Assembly: GCA_934122215.1 (NCBI GenBank)
Contig: CAKOWF010000002.1
Location: 1-54,034 of the forward strand
DNA length: 54,034 bases
Reading direction: 5' to 3'
DNA from: an uncultured Bacilli bacterium
GTDB lineage: Bacteria; Bacillota_I; Bacilli_A; RF39; UBA660
Within the stretch, counting starts at the first letter, position 1. Every line of letters starts with the position of its first letter. Position numbers and translations under genes: made by a program. Shown piece after piece: positions 1-9,585 of the stretch. Under the pieces are notes generated by a model. It saw only the letters and a program-made list of their open reading frames with translations, was not told where the DNA came from and did not search any database.

Positions 1-299
1 ATATAGTAATAATGAAACAGATAAGCAAAGATAATAAATATTAAAAATTTAATCATATATTTTTGATTAAATTTTTTATTGTCTAGTAAATTTTCATGAA
101 TTAATTCTTCTTTATTATTTAAAAATATTTCTTCTATTCTGTCTACCCTACACTTTTCTGATAATAAAATTGCTTCTACTTTATCAATCGCTTTAGTTAA
201 ATCATCATTAACAACAACATAATTATACTTTGTTACTTCATTAATCTCTTGATAAGCGATTTTAAATCTGGAAATAATTTTTTCTTTACTATCGTTCCC
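1..299 (-). pseudogene. gmk: 3' portion of guanylate kinase displaced into another frame, open to the window edge
   Basis: The minus-strand frame opening right after TAG TAG (300-305) reads GNDSKEKIISRFKIAYQEINEVTKYNYVVVNDDLTKAIDKVEAILLSEKCRVDRIEE. This is the conserved Gmk C-terminus (RGxDS...YxYvvvNDDl). It has no start codon, so it is absent from the ORF track. Confidence 0.7.
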
Positions 300-727
300 C
301 TACTAATTAATCTTTGTTTTAATTCTTTCATAGATGGTGGCATAATAAAGATAAATAAAGCCTCAGGTACCAAATTTTTAATTTGCAAGGCCCCTTTAAT
401 TTCAATAATTAAAATAACATCAATACCTTTATTTAAATAATCTTCAATTTTATTTTTAGGTGTTCCATAATAATTTCCATTATATTCTGCATATTCCAAG
501 AAATCATCCTTTTTAATGTGGTCTTCAAACTGCTCTTTAGAAACAAAAAAATATTCTTTTCCATTTTCTTCAGTACCTCTAGGGCTTCTAGAAGTCATAG
601 AAATAGAAACCCAAGCATTGATATTATTTCTTTTAATAACTTCATTTAAAATGTTATCTTTACCTGCTCCACTAGGCCCACTTATAACAGTTAAAATCCC
701 CTTTTGTTTTTGTTTAATAATTTCCAT
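233..727 (-). CDS. gmk: guanylate kinase (about 140 N-terminal codons authentic; the last ~23 codons are out-of-frame read-through)
   Basis: P-loop ISGPSGAGKD and SRSPRGTEENGKEYFFVS are present. The GMP-binding and LID parts are intact up to ...QRLISRG, then the sequence turns nonsensical (IVKKKLFPDLKS...). Confidence 0.85.
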   Translation of the reverse strand: MEIIKQKQKGILTVISGPSGAGKDNILNEVIKRNNINAWVSISMTSRSPRGTEENGKEYFFVSKEQFEDHIKKDDFLEYAEYNGNYYGTPKNKIEDYLNKGIDVILIIEIKGALQIKNLVPEALFIFIMPPSMKELKQRLISRGTIVKKKLFPDLKSLIKRLMK

Positions 728-812
728 AATATCCCTCTTTTTAATATCCTATTATGAAAAAAATTAAGTACAATATCAATAATAAAATTAAATTAAAGAA
801 TCAATAATTACC

Positions 813-841
813 TTGCTTAAAAACAATAATTATTATAAAAT
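813..841 (+). promoter_or_regulatory. candidate sigma-A promoter for tilS-ftsH
   Basis: TTGCTT (813-818), 17-nt spacer, TAAAAT (836-841). RBS GAGGTG at 849-854 precedes the ATG at 860. Confidence 0.35.
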
Positions 842-859
842 ATATACTGAGGTGTAAAT

Positions 860-2188
860 ATGGATAAGGCATATGAATTTTTAATGAATGAAATACATAT
901 AAAATATGGAGATTCAGTAGTATTAGGAGTAAGTGGAGGACCAGATTCGATGGCTTTACTACACTTAATGATTAGAATAAAAAAAGCAATAGACATAGAA
1001 GTAATTTGTGTACATGTAAATCATAATACAGGTCGTCCAGGTCAAGCAGAAGAGCAAGAAGCAGTAAAGAAATATTGTAAAAATAATAATATTGTGTTTG
1101 AAGGTATGACAATTGAAGATTATGGAGATGATAATTTTCATAATGAAGCAAGAAGTAAAAGATATCATTATTTTGAAAAGATAGTTAGAAAGTATAATGC
1201 CAAATACTTATTAACTGCTCATCATGGAGATGATTTAATTGAAACAATATTAATGCGTATAGTAAGAGGATCAACGTTAAGAGGATATAGTGGTTTTTCA
1301 AAAATAGTAAAAATGGATGGATATACCATACTAAGACCATTAATAAATACAACAAAAGAAGAAATAATTGAATATGACAAAAAAAATAAAATACCATATG
1401 CATTAGATTCATCTAATTCAAAGGATGTATATACAAGAAATAGATTTAGAAAATATATTGTTCCAGAATTTAAAAAAGAAGATAAAAACGTTCATAATAA
1501 ATTTTATAAATTTAGTAAAACATTACTAGAATACAATAATTATATTGATAAACAAGTAGAAAAAATTATTCCAAAGGTTCTTCCACAAAATATATTAAAT
1601 ATAGAAGAATTTAATAAATTAGAAAAAGTTATTCAAATGAAAGTAATATATTATTTTTTAGAAAAAACATATCAAGATGATTTAATGTTAATAACAGATC
1701 ACCATGCTGAACTTTTATATGCATTGATTGTTTCTAAAAAACCAAATGCTTATATATATTTACCAAATAACTTAAAAGCAGTAAAAAGTTATAATAATTT
1801 AACATTTATACAAGAAGAGATAAATAATAATGAGTATGAAATAGAAATAATTAAATACGTTAATCTGCCAAATGGCAAAAATATAGAAGTAGTTTCTTCT
1901 AGTAAAGAAAATAGTAATAACATATGTCGCTTATCAAGTGAAGATATAAGTTTTCCATTACGTGTAAGAACTAGAATGGAAGGGGATAAAATTAATATAA
2001 AAGGAATGTTAGGAAGTAAAAAAATTAGTGATATATTTATAGATGAAAAAATTCCAACTCATGAAAGAGATATATGGCCTATAGTAGTAGATTCAAATAA
2101 CGTAGTTGTTTGGATACCAGGTTTAAAAAAATCAAAATTTGACAAATCAAAAGAAGAAAAGTATGATATAATACTAAAGTACTATTAA
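860..2188 (+). CDS. tilS: tRNA(Ile)-lysidine synthase
   Basis: PP-loop VLGVSGGPDSMALL; 442 aa; lies immediately upstream of ftsH, as is typical. Confidence 0.9.
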   Translation: MDKAYEFLMNEIHIKYGDSVVLGVSGGPDSMALLHLMIRIKKAIDIEVICVHVNHNTGRPGQAEEQEAVKKYCKNNNIVFEGMTIEDYGDDNFHNEARSKRYHYFEKIVRKYNAKYLLTAHHGDDLIETILMRIVRGSTLRGYSGFSKIVKMDGYTILRPLINTTKEEIIEYDKKNKIPYALDSSNSKDVYTRNRFRKYIVPEFKKEDKNVHNKFYKFSKTLLEYNNYIDKQVEKIIPKVLPQNILNIEEFNKLEKVIQMKVIYYFLEKTYQDDLMLITDHHAELLYALIVSKKPNAYIYLPNNLKAVKSYNNLTFIQEEINNNEYEIEIIKYVNLPNGKNIEVVSSSKENSNNICRLSSEDISFPLRVRTRMEGDKINIKGMLGSKKISDIFIDEKIPTHERDIWPIVVDSNNVVVWIPGLKKSKFDKSKEEKYDIILKYY

Positions 2189-2201
2189 GGAGGAATATAC
2201 T

Positions 2202-4193
2202 ATGAATAAAAAAGTAGTTAAAAAAGGAATAGTTCCATATTTAACAATGTTTATATTTATGGCAATAATACTATTTGCTTTAAACATAGGTGGAACTAAA
2301 GTAAATGAACTAAGTTATGATGAATTTTTAAATTCAATGAATAGTTCAAATATTGAAGAAATAAATATAACACCATATACAAATGCTAATGTATATCAAA
2401 TAAAAGGTAAAATGAAAGATTATGGTAAAAATGAAATATTTACTGTAACAGCACCATTAGCAGAAGAAGTAATGGCCCAAATATTAAATGGTCAAAGTAC
2501 TTATAATTTTAAAGTTAATGCATCAACAGATCCAGCATCATCAACTTTCTTGTTATTTGTAATAAATGTATTACCATTAATAATATTAGTAGGATTAGGA
2601 TTTTTCTTTATATCTAGACAAATGGGAACTGCAAATAAATCAATGGATTTTGGAAAAAGTAGAGCTCGTTTAAATGAAGATACAAAAAAAGTTACATTTA
2701 AAGATGTAGCAGGTTTAACAGAAGAAAAAGAAGAAGTACAAGAATTAATTGATTTCTTAAAGAATCCTAAAAAATTTACAAAATTAGGAGCTCGTATACC
2801 AAAGGGTGTACTTTTACAAGGTCCTCCAGGAACAGGTAAAACTTTACTAGCAAGAGCAGTAGCTGGAGAAGCAAATGTGCCTTTCTATTATATAAGTGGT
2901 TCTGACTTTGTAGAATTATTTGTTGGAGTAGGAGCAAGCCGTGTTAGAGATATGTTTAAACAAGCAAAACATAATGCACCTTGTTTAATATTTATTGATG
3001 AAATAGATGCTGTTGGGCGTCAACGTGGAGCCGGTTTAGGTGGTGGACATGATGAAAGAGAACAAACATTAAATCAATTATTAACTGAAATGGATGGTTT
3101 TGGAGCAAATGAAGGTATCATTATAATTGCTGCAACAAATAGACCAGATGTTTTAGATCCAGCACTTTTAAGACCAGGAAGATTTGATAGACAAGTAACT
3201 GTAGATCTTCCAGATGTTAAAGGTAGAGAAGAAATTTTAGCCGTTCATGCTAGAAATAAAATATTTTCTAAAGGTGTAAAGCTAGAAAATATAGCTAAAA
3301 GAACAGTAGGATTATCTGGAGCAGATCTTGAAAATTTATTAAATGAAGCAGCTTTACTTGCAGTAAGACGTGGTAAAAATATGATTACAATGTCTGAAAT
3401 AGATGAAGCACATGATAGAGTATTAATGGGTCCAGCTAAAGTTAGTCATAAATATACTGAACATGAAAAGAAAGTAGTAGCTTTCCATGAAGCAGGTCAT
3501 GCCGTAATGGGACTTAAATTAGATGGAGCAAATGAAGTACAAAAAATTACTATAATTCCTCGTGGAGCCGCAGGTGGTTACAATTTAATGCTTCCAAAAG
3601 AAGAAACTTATTTAGCTACAAAAAATGAATTATTACAAAGAATTAGTGGACTTTTAGGTGGTCGTGTAGCTGAAGAAGAAGTATTTAAAGAAATTACTAC
3701 AGGAGCACATAATGATTTTGAAAAAGCAACTAAAATAGCACGTGCTATGGTAACAGAATATGGTATGAGTGATTTAGGTCCAATGCAATATGAACAACAA
3801 GAAGGTAGTGTTTTCTTAGGTAGAGATTACAATAAGAGTCGTAATTTTTCAGGTCAAGTAGCTTTTGAAATTGATCAAGAACAAAGAAAAATTATAAATG
3901 AATGCTATGAAATAACTAAAAAAACAATTCATGAAAATAGAGATTTATTAAATTTAATCGCAAATGCATTACTAGAACATGAAACAATTACTAAAGAGCA
4001 AATAGAATATTTAGTGGAACATGGTGTAATGCCAGATGAAGATAATGAGATTGATAATAGTGATTTTAAAGAAGCTAGTTTATCAGATTTAACTTTAGTA
4101 GAATTAAAAGAATTAGCTAAAGAAAAAGGAATTAAAAATTATTCAAAAATGAATAAAGAAGAATTAATAAAAGAATTAGAAGATAAAATCTAA
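2202..4193 (+). CDS. ftsH: ATP-dependent zinc metalloprotease FtsH
   Basis: Two N-terminal TM segments, Walker A GPPGTGKT, Walker B LIFIDEID and zinc site HEAGH. An extra C-terminal helix-rich tail is present (see findings). Confidence 0.97.
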   Translation: MNKKVVKKGIVPYLTMFIFMAIILFALNIGGTKVNELSYDEFLNSMNSSNIEEINITPYTNANVYQIKGKMKDYGKNEIFTVTAPLAEEVMAQILNGQSTYNFKVNASTDPASSTFLLFVINVLPLIILVGLGFFFISRQMGTANKSMDFGKSRARLNEDTKKVTFKDVAGLTEEKEEVQELIDFLKNPKKFTKLGARIPKGVLLQGPPGTGKTLLARAVAGEANVPFYYISGSDFVELFVGVGASRVRDMFKQAKHNAPCLIFIDEIDAVGRQRGAGLGGGHDEREQTLNQLLTEMDGFGANEGIIIIAATNRPDVLDPALLRPGRFDRQVTVDLPDVKGREEILAVHARNKIFSKGVKLENIAKRTVGLSGADLENLLNEAALLAVRRGKNMITMSEIDEAHDRVLMGPAKVSHKYTEHEKKVVAFHEAGHAVMGLKLDGANEVQKITIIPRGAAGGYNLMLPKEETYLATKNELLQRISGLLGGRVAEEEVFKEITTGAHNDFEKATKIARAMVTEYGMSDLGPMQYEQQEGSVFLGRDYNKSRNFSGQVAFEIDQEQRKIINECYEITKKTIHENRDLLNLIANALLEHETITKEQIEYLVEHGVMPDEDNEIDNSDFKEASLSDLTLVELKELAKEKGIKNYSKMNKEELIKELEDKI

Positions 4194-4202
4194 TTCTTTT
4201 TT
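4164..4202. repeat. left copy of a 39-nt direct repeat (last 10 ftsH codons, stop and terminator)
   Basis: TTAATAAAAGAATTAGAAGATAAAATCTAATTCTTTTTT is 37/39 identical to 9499-9537. Confidence 0.85.
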
Positions 4203-4203
4203 T
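4172..4203 (+). terminator. rho-independent terminator of ftsH
   Basis: AGAATTAG (4172-4179) pairs with CTAATTCT (4190-4197) around a 10-nt loop, followed by T7. The stop codon lies in the 3' arm. Confidence 0.55.
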
Positions 4204-4381
4204 ATGGTTATTTTATGAAATTAATATGCAATTAATAACATATAAAAGTCATGTAAATTTTGATATTACTTGAAAATGTATTTTTTTTATATAAAATATA
4301 GTATATAATATTCATAAAAGTAGTGATACAATCAAGTATTATAAAAAATTTATGCAAGAAAAAATTAATAGGAGATATAAG

Positions 4382-4543
4382 ATGAATAATGATATAAAGA
4401 ATTTTGATAATGCAACCATAAAAAATGATAAACAAATTTCAACCAAAACAAATTTTAATAAAAATGTTGCTGAAAAAATAAAATACGAGTATTTAAAAGA
4501 ATTAAATCAAAAATTAACCTTATTAAAGAAAATAATAAACTAA
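4382..4543 (+). CDS. small hypothetical protein (53 aa; 63 aa if started at 4352)
   Basis: ATG at 4382 is preceded by AGGAGA. The product is Lys/Asn-rich with a helical C-terminus (KIKYEYLKELNQKLTLLKKIIN). It ends 42 nt upstream of the giant ORF. Confidence 0.4.
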   Translation: MNNDIKNFDNATIKNDKQISTKTNFNKNVAEKIKYEYLKELNQKLTLLKKIIN

Positions 4544-4585
4544 CAGCAAACAATCAAGAAAATCGAATTATAAGGATGTGAAAAT

Positions 4586-7500
4586 ATGGATTCTAATGAT
4601 ATTAAATATTATATAGATAACCGTCTAAAAATAGCAGAAGAACTCAATAAATTTTTAGAAACTTTACCAGAAGAAACCTTGAATAACTTAGAAAAAGCAT
4701 TAAGCAACAATAATATAGAGCAATATTATAATATAATTGTTAATATTGATCCAAATTTTGTTGATAAAAATAGAATAACAGTATTTTCAATTAAATTACT
4801 ATTTTTTTTAGAATATTCAAGTGAAACAAAAAAATTATACACAGAAAAAGAATATTTTAAATTGTTAACTAATATTATAGATATTTATGGTGAAAATATA
4901 ACTGAAATAATTGATTGTAAATATTTTAACATTAATGATTTAGATTTATTAAATAGTAACTTTTCTAAATATTCAAAGGTTTACAAATCAATTCTTAAAG
5001 ATAAGTTATCAAAATATATAGATTTTGATAATAGCATAGAATTTTTAAAAACAGTTAATCATAATGCGATTACTGAAGATTTGATAATTGAACAATTATC
5101 AAATTATAACTTCATAATTAATTCAAGTGTAAGAAAACTCTTAAAAATTTTACCTAATTCAATTTTAGAAGATGGAAAAATTTCAAAAATTATAATAAAA
5201 AAATTAAATTATAAAATAAATGATTGTCAAGAATTACTTAATTATTTGCCAGAAAGTGCCTATGAAGATGTTGATTTCTTAAATGAAATTTTGAATGTAG
5301 ATTCATCTTTATTTGTTGAATTTTATTTTGAACATATTCCAAAAAAAATTAAAGACATTCAGTTTTGGGAAAAAGTTTGCAAAAAATATCCATTCATTAA
5401 AATAATTAATAATATACCGAATGAAAAAATAAACTCAGACATTTCACAACAACAATATAATGAATGGAAGGAAAATTTGGTAATTGAATCTATTTTAAAT
5501 GTTCCGAAGGATGCTTTTATATCTTTTTTTAAAAAATTAGATAATTCTAAGAAAACTGTAAATTTGTGTGAACAAGTTGTTCAATACATTAAATTTAAAG
5601 ATAAGAATGATATAGAAATTTTTCTAAATTCAATACCAGAAGAATCTAGAACACAAAAAATATATGAAATATTACTTTCAAAATCAAGTTGTATTTTGAA
5701 AGATATACCTTTACAGTCGTTTATACCAGATATATCACAAAAACAATATGATAAATGGTTGGAAAATTTAATATTAGTTGCTATTGCCAATAGTAATAAT
5801 CTAAGCGAAATATATTATAGTATTCCAAATATAAAAATTAATGAAAGAATTTGGAATAAATTAATGGATAAGTATGTAAAAAGAGACAACTATAATAATA
5901 CTTATGTATTAAATGAAGAAGATAAGAATATACTATCTTTAAAAAATGTTGAATTTGAAAATATAACTCCTCAAATGATTGAAAGAGCCATGAAACAAAT
6001 TGGGAAATTTGAAGTTATAAATGCACCATGTATTAATAGAAATATTGAAAATTTACATGGTACATCTAAGGAAAAATATTTAAAGTGGCAAAATTCTTTT
6101 TCAAAAGAACAAAAAGAAGACTATCAAAAATGGTATGAAAAAATATGGATTGAATCAATACCAGGTTTAGGATATCAAAACGTATATAATAAAGTTCCAA
6201 AAGAAGCTCTTACATTTCAATTAAAAAAAGCATGTATAGATTATGGTGATTATATTTCTATAGAAAGAATGCCAATTCCCGAAACGTCAGAAGAATTGAT
6301 GGAATATCAACAATTAATAATTTATGCATTAAATAAATTTGAAAGTATATTCTCTTCCAATAGTTCTCATCCTATATTTAACTTTGACATATTAAAAAAT
6401 ATATCAACTAAATATATTAATGAAGAAATTATAAATAGAGCCATTCAAATTAGTCCAATATATTTAAAATATGCTGATTTACAAAGTGATAACTTTGACG
6501 AACTGCTTGATATTGCTTATAAAAAGAAATTAATAAATATTGGAAGAAATAGGTTAACAACCAAAGAAAAGAATATTATAAAAAAATTTTTTATTAATAA
6601 TGATAATTTGTTTAGCACCTTGGAATTGGAAATTTTAGATTCAAAAATAGTTGATTGTATTGGTGAATTTAGTTTAGAAAGTATAGTAAGATATCCTAAT
6701 ATTGAAGAATTAATTTTGAAATTATCAAATGATTTGAATGTTTTAAAAACTTTTGAATTTTGTTTAAATAATTTAAAAGAAGATCAAATTTTTCTCGCTC
6801 CACTTATTGAAAAAATAATAAAATCAATTAGATTTAATCCTTCTATCTGTGAATTTATTTCCACAAAGATCGATAACAACATTCCGTTTAGTGATTATGA
6901 AAAAGCAATTATCCCTTATTTGGCATTAAATTTTAAAGAATGTCATAAAATTACTAATTATGATGAAATAATTAATTATGTTAAAAGAAAAAATGCTGAA
7001 TTAGAAAATATTATGTTAGATTCAAATTCTACACTATTAGAAATAAAAAATGCCTATTTAGAAAGAACGATTGGTTTAAATTATGAATCTGTTATAAATT
7101 TAATAACAATATATGGAAATGATCCAGAATCATTACTTCAAAACTACATAAATATTATTCCAACAGATTATGAAAAACTTAGTGAAAAAGAAGCAATTGA
7201 AATTATTATAAAATTGAAAAAATTTATTGAAATAAAAGATATTGATGCTATAAAAATGGATATTTTAAGATTCATCGCCTTAGAAAAAAATAATAATATA
7301 GAACAATCATACATTAGATATCAAAAAGCTACTGTATTAGAAAATTTCTTAAGAAGAGCTTATGGACGTGATATTATAAAATCCTTGTCAGAAAATGTAG
7401 ATTACTTACAAGAAGAATTAGAATTTAATGGTGAAAAATATGTAGTAAGAAAAATTTATGGTAATTTTAATAAAATGGTTAGTTTATTAGATGCATATAG

Positions 7501-9478
7501 AAAATCTTCAGCTACAGAAGGTGATATGTATGATAGATGGAATACTAATAAAATGGCAAAAAATCATGCTTTATGTTTTAGTTTGATAAATCAATCTAAC
7601 CCTGGCACTGCTGGTATTAATGGTAAAAATGGTATTATTATCTCCTTTAATGGTTTTATTCCTGATTCTGTATTAGCAGCAGCGCCTTATGATTTAAATA
7701 CTTTTAATAGCCAGAATACAATAGAAATTGGAAGACAAACTCGTTTTTTCACTGCTAAAAATATGCCTAATTATACAAGAGGAAATTATTCTGAATATGA
7801 TATAGAAATCCAAGATGTTTCATCAAATAAATATAAAAAAATTCAACCTTCATCAATTATATGTTTTGAAGAAGTAGATGAGGATAGCATCAGAGCTGCT
7901 ATAGAACTAGGAAAAAAAATAGGACATCAGGTTCCTATTGAGCTTATTGATAGGAGAAAATTAGCAAAAGAAGAAATGAAATATATTATGAATGCATTTA
8001 CTAGTTTTAAAAATAGTAAAAATATTGATTCTACTTTAGTTGGAGAAATTATTACAAGATTTAATAATGTTAGAAATGCGCATAGATATTCAAGTTTATC
8101 TAATGAGTTGATAGGGGAAACCCCAAATTTTGAAAATGAAGATGCCTTATTTAATAAAAAACATTTAAATGAAATTTTGAAAGAATGTATTAATTTAGTA
8201 GGAGAAAAAATTCGCGATGGACAAGTTCAAGCTGGTTTAAATGCACTAAAAGATATTAAAAATTATATTTTAGAGGAAAGGCAACACTCATTTTTAATGC
8301 CAACTATGTATGAAAAACAAGATATAACAGGAATTGATACAGATATAGATTATGCAATAAATGAATTACAAAGAATTTATGGTCAACCAATTATTAAGCC
8401 ATTATTAGAAAATTACTCAATAGAAACTTTATTAAAATTAAATAGTCATGAATTTGAATCTATAACATTTAATATTGAGAAAGGACTAAGTGATTTTCCA
8501 TCTGAACAATTAACACCAACACAAATACTGCAATGTATTGATATATCACAATTACAAAAAGATATATTTGAAATACATGAAGAAGGATTTTATCAAGAAA
8601 ATCAAATATATGATGAGGAACATATTTCGCGAGTTATCTTATATAGTGAGGTAATTTCAAAAATGGAAGGATATGATGATAAAACAAGAAAACTTTTAGT
8701 AGATGTAGCAAAATATTATTCATGTGGAAGACAGTTGGATGTTGCAGAAAATCATGAAAAATATAGTGCCAAATTGGCTGGTAAAGTATTATCAAAAAAA
8801 TATTCACAGGAAGAAATAAAAATTATTCAAGCTGCAATTGAATTACAAAATTTTAAACCGACAAAGTTAAATTCATTAGAAAAATTTGAAGATGAAAGAA
8901 AAATAAAAAATATGGAAATTTGTAATAAATATAAATTAAATCAAGAACAACAGATTATTGCAAATAAAATAGCTAATTGTATTAGTGATGCTGTTATTTT
9001 AGATCAAACACGATTTGTAGATAAGGTATATTCATCACCGGAAAGCAGTTTCCTTGGCGATAATAGTTTATTAAAATCATCAACAGCTAAAAAAATGGTC
9101 AAATTTAGTTATTCTATGCAAGATTGCTTAGCCCAACAAAAATTGGAAAAATTATCGAATATTGTTAAAATTGATTTTAATGACTTTTATGTAAATTCTT
9201 CAGTTATGGAAATTTTCTTTACTGAAATATTTAATGGTAATTCATATCTTACTAAAGATAAAAAAATCATTGAATCACCAATTGTAAAACTTGAATATTT
9301 AAAAAATAAATTTCCAGAAATAATAAAATTTAATTTAGGCTCATCTGATGATTTAAGTTTAACTAAAGAACAAATAAATTCAATACAAAATTATATATTA
9401 CATAGTAATAGATTATCAAATCATTTACAAACTCGCGATCAGGAAGAAAATATAATAAGTAATGGAATGAGTATTTAA
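4586..9478 (+). CDS. very large (1630 aa) cytoplasmic protein of unknown function
   Basis: Uninterrupted 4.9-kb ORF in a genome where random ORFs are short. No signal peptide, TM segment or P-loop. Contains internal sequence repeats. I recognise no family. Confidence 0.85.
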   Translation: MDSNDIKYYIDNRLKIAEELNKFLETLPEETLNNLEKALSNNNIEQYYNIIVNIDPNFVDKNRITVFSIKLLFFLEYSSETKKLYTEKEYFKLLTNIIDIYGENITEIIDCKYFNINDLDLLNSNFSKYSKVYKSILKDKLSKYIDFDNSIEFLKTVNHNAITEDLIIEQLSNYNFIINSSVRKLLKILPNSILEDGKISKIIIKKLNYKINDCQELLNYLPESAYEDVDFLNEILNVDSSLFVEFYFEHIPKKIKDIQFWEKVCKKYPFIKIINNIPNEKINSDISQQQYNEWKENLVIESILNVPKDAFISFFKKLDNSKKTVNLCEQVVQYIKFKDKNDIEIFLNSIPEESRTQKIYEILLSKSSCILKDIPLQSFIPDISQKQYDKWLENLILVAIANSNNLSEIYYSIPNIKINERIWNKLMDKYVKRDNYNNTYVLNEEDKNILSLKNVEFENITPQMIERAMKQIGKFEVINAPCINRNIENLHGTSKEKYLKWQNSFSKEQKEDYQKWYEKIWIESIPGLGYQNVYNKVPKEALTFQLKKACIDYGDYISIERMPIPETSEELMEYQQLIIYALNKFESIFSSNSSHPIFNFDILKNISTKYINEEIINRAIQISPIYLKYADLQSDNFDELLDIAYKKKLINIGRNRLTTKEKNIIKKFFINNDNLFSTLELEILDSKIVDCIGEFSLESIVRYPNIEELILKLSNDLNVLKTFEFCLNNLKEDQIFLAPLIEKIIKSIRFNPSICEFISTKIDNNIPFSDYEKAIIPYLALNFKECHKITNYDEIINYVKRKNAELENIMLDSNSTLLEIKNAYLERTIGLNYESVINLITIYGNDPESLLQNYINIIPTDYEKLSEKEAIEIIIKLKKFIEIKDIDAIKMDILRFIALEKNNNIEQSYIRYQKATVLENFLRRAYGRDIIKSLSENVDYLQEELEFNGEKYVVRKIYGNFNKMVSLLDAYRKSSATEGDMYDRWNTNKMAKNHALCFSLINQSNPGTAGINGKNGIIISFNGFIPDSVLAAAPYDLNTFNSQNTIEIGRQTRFFTAKNMPNYTRGNYSEYDIEIQDVSSNKYKKIQPSSIICFEEVDEDSIRAAIELGKKIGHQVPIELIDRRKLAKEEMKYIMNAFTSFKNSKNIDSTLVGEIITRFNNVRNAHRYSSLSNELIGETPNFENEDALFNKKHLNEILKECINLVGEKIRDGQVQAGLNALKDIKNYILEERQHSFLMPTMYEKQDITGIDTDIDYAINELQRIYGQPIIKPLLENYSIETLLKLNSHEFESITFNIEKGLSDFPSEQLTPTQILQCIDISQLQKDIFEIHEEGFYQENQIYDEEHISRVILYSEVISKMEGYDDKTRKLLVDVAKYYSCGRQLDVAENHEKYSAKLAGKVLSKKYSQEEIKIIQAAIELQNFKPTKLNSLEKFEDERKIKNMEICNKYKLNQEQQIIANKIANCISDAVILDQTRFVDKVYSSPESSFLGDNSLLKSSTAKKMVKFSYSMQDCLAQQKLEKLSNIVKIDFNDFYVNSSVMEIFFTEIFNGNSYLTKDKKIIESPIVKLEYLKNKFPEIIKFNLGSSDDLSLTKEQINSIQNYILHSNRLSNHLQTRDQEENIISNGMSI

Positions 9479-9498
9479 TTATGAATGTATGGATAGTA

Positions 9499-9537
9499 TT
9501 AATAAAAGAGTTAGAAGATAAAAACTAATTCTTTTTT
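9499..9537. repeat. right copy of the 39-nt direct repeat
   Basis: TTAATAAAAGAGTTAGAAGATAAAAACTAATTCTTTTTT still reads LIKELEDKN-stop in frame. Confidence 0.85.
9507..9537 (+). terminator. rho-independent terminator (duplicate of the ftsH terminator)
   Basis: AGAGTTAG pairs with CTAATTCT (one G-U pair) around a 10-nt loop, followed by T6. Confidence 0.45.
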
Positions 9538-9585
9538 CTTGTAAAATTTATATCTTTTTGCTATACTTTTTTTGGAAGTGATTAA

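Noticed and set aside
9481-9528. 15-codon mini-ORF ([15 protein letters not shown]) covering the right direct repeat
   Set aside because: There is no RBS. It is most simply a by-product of the duplicated ftsH tail rather than a gene.
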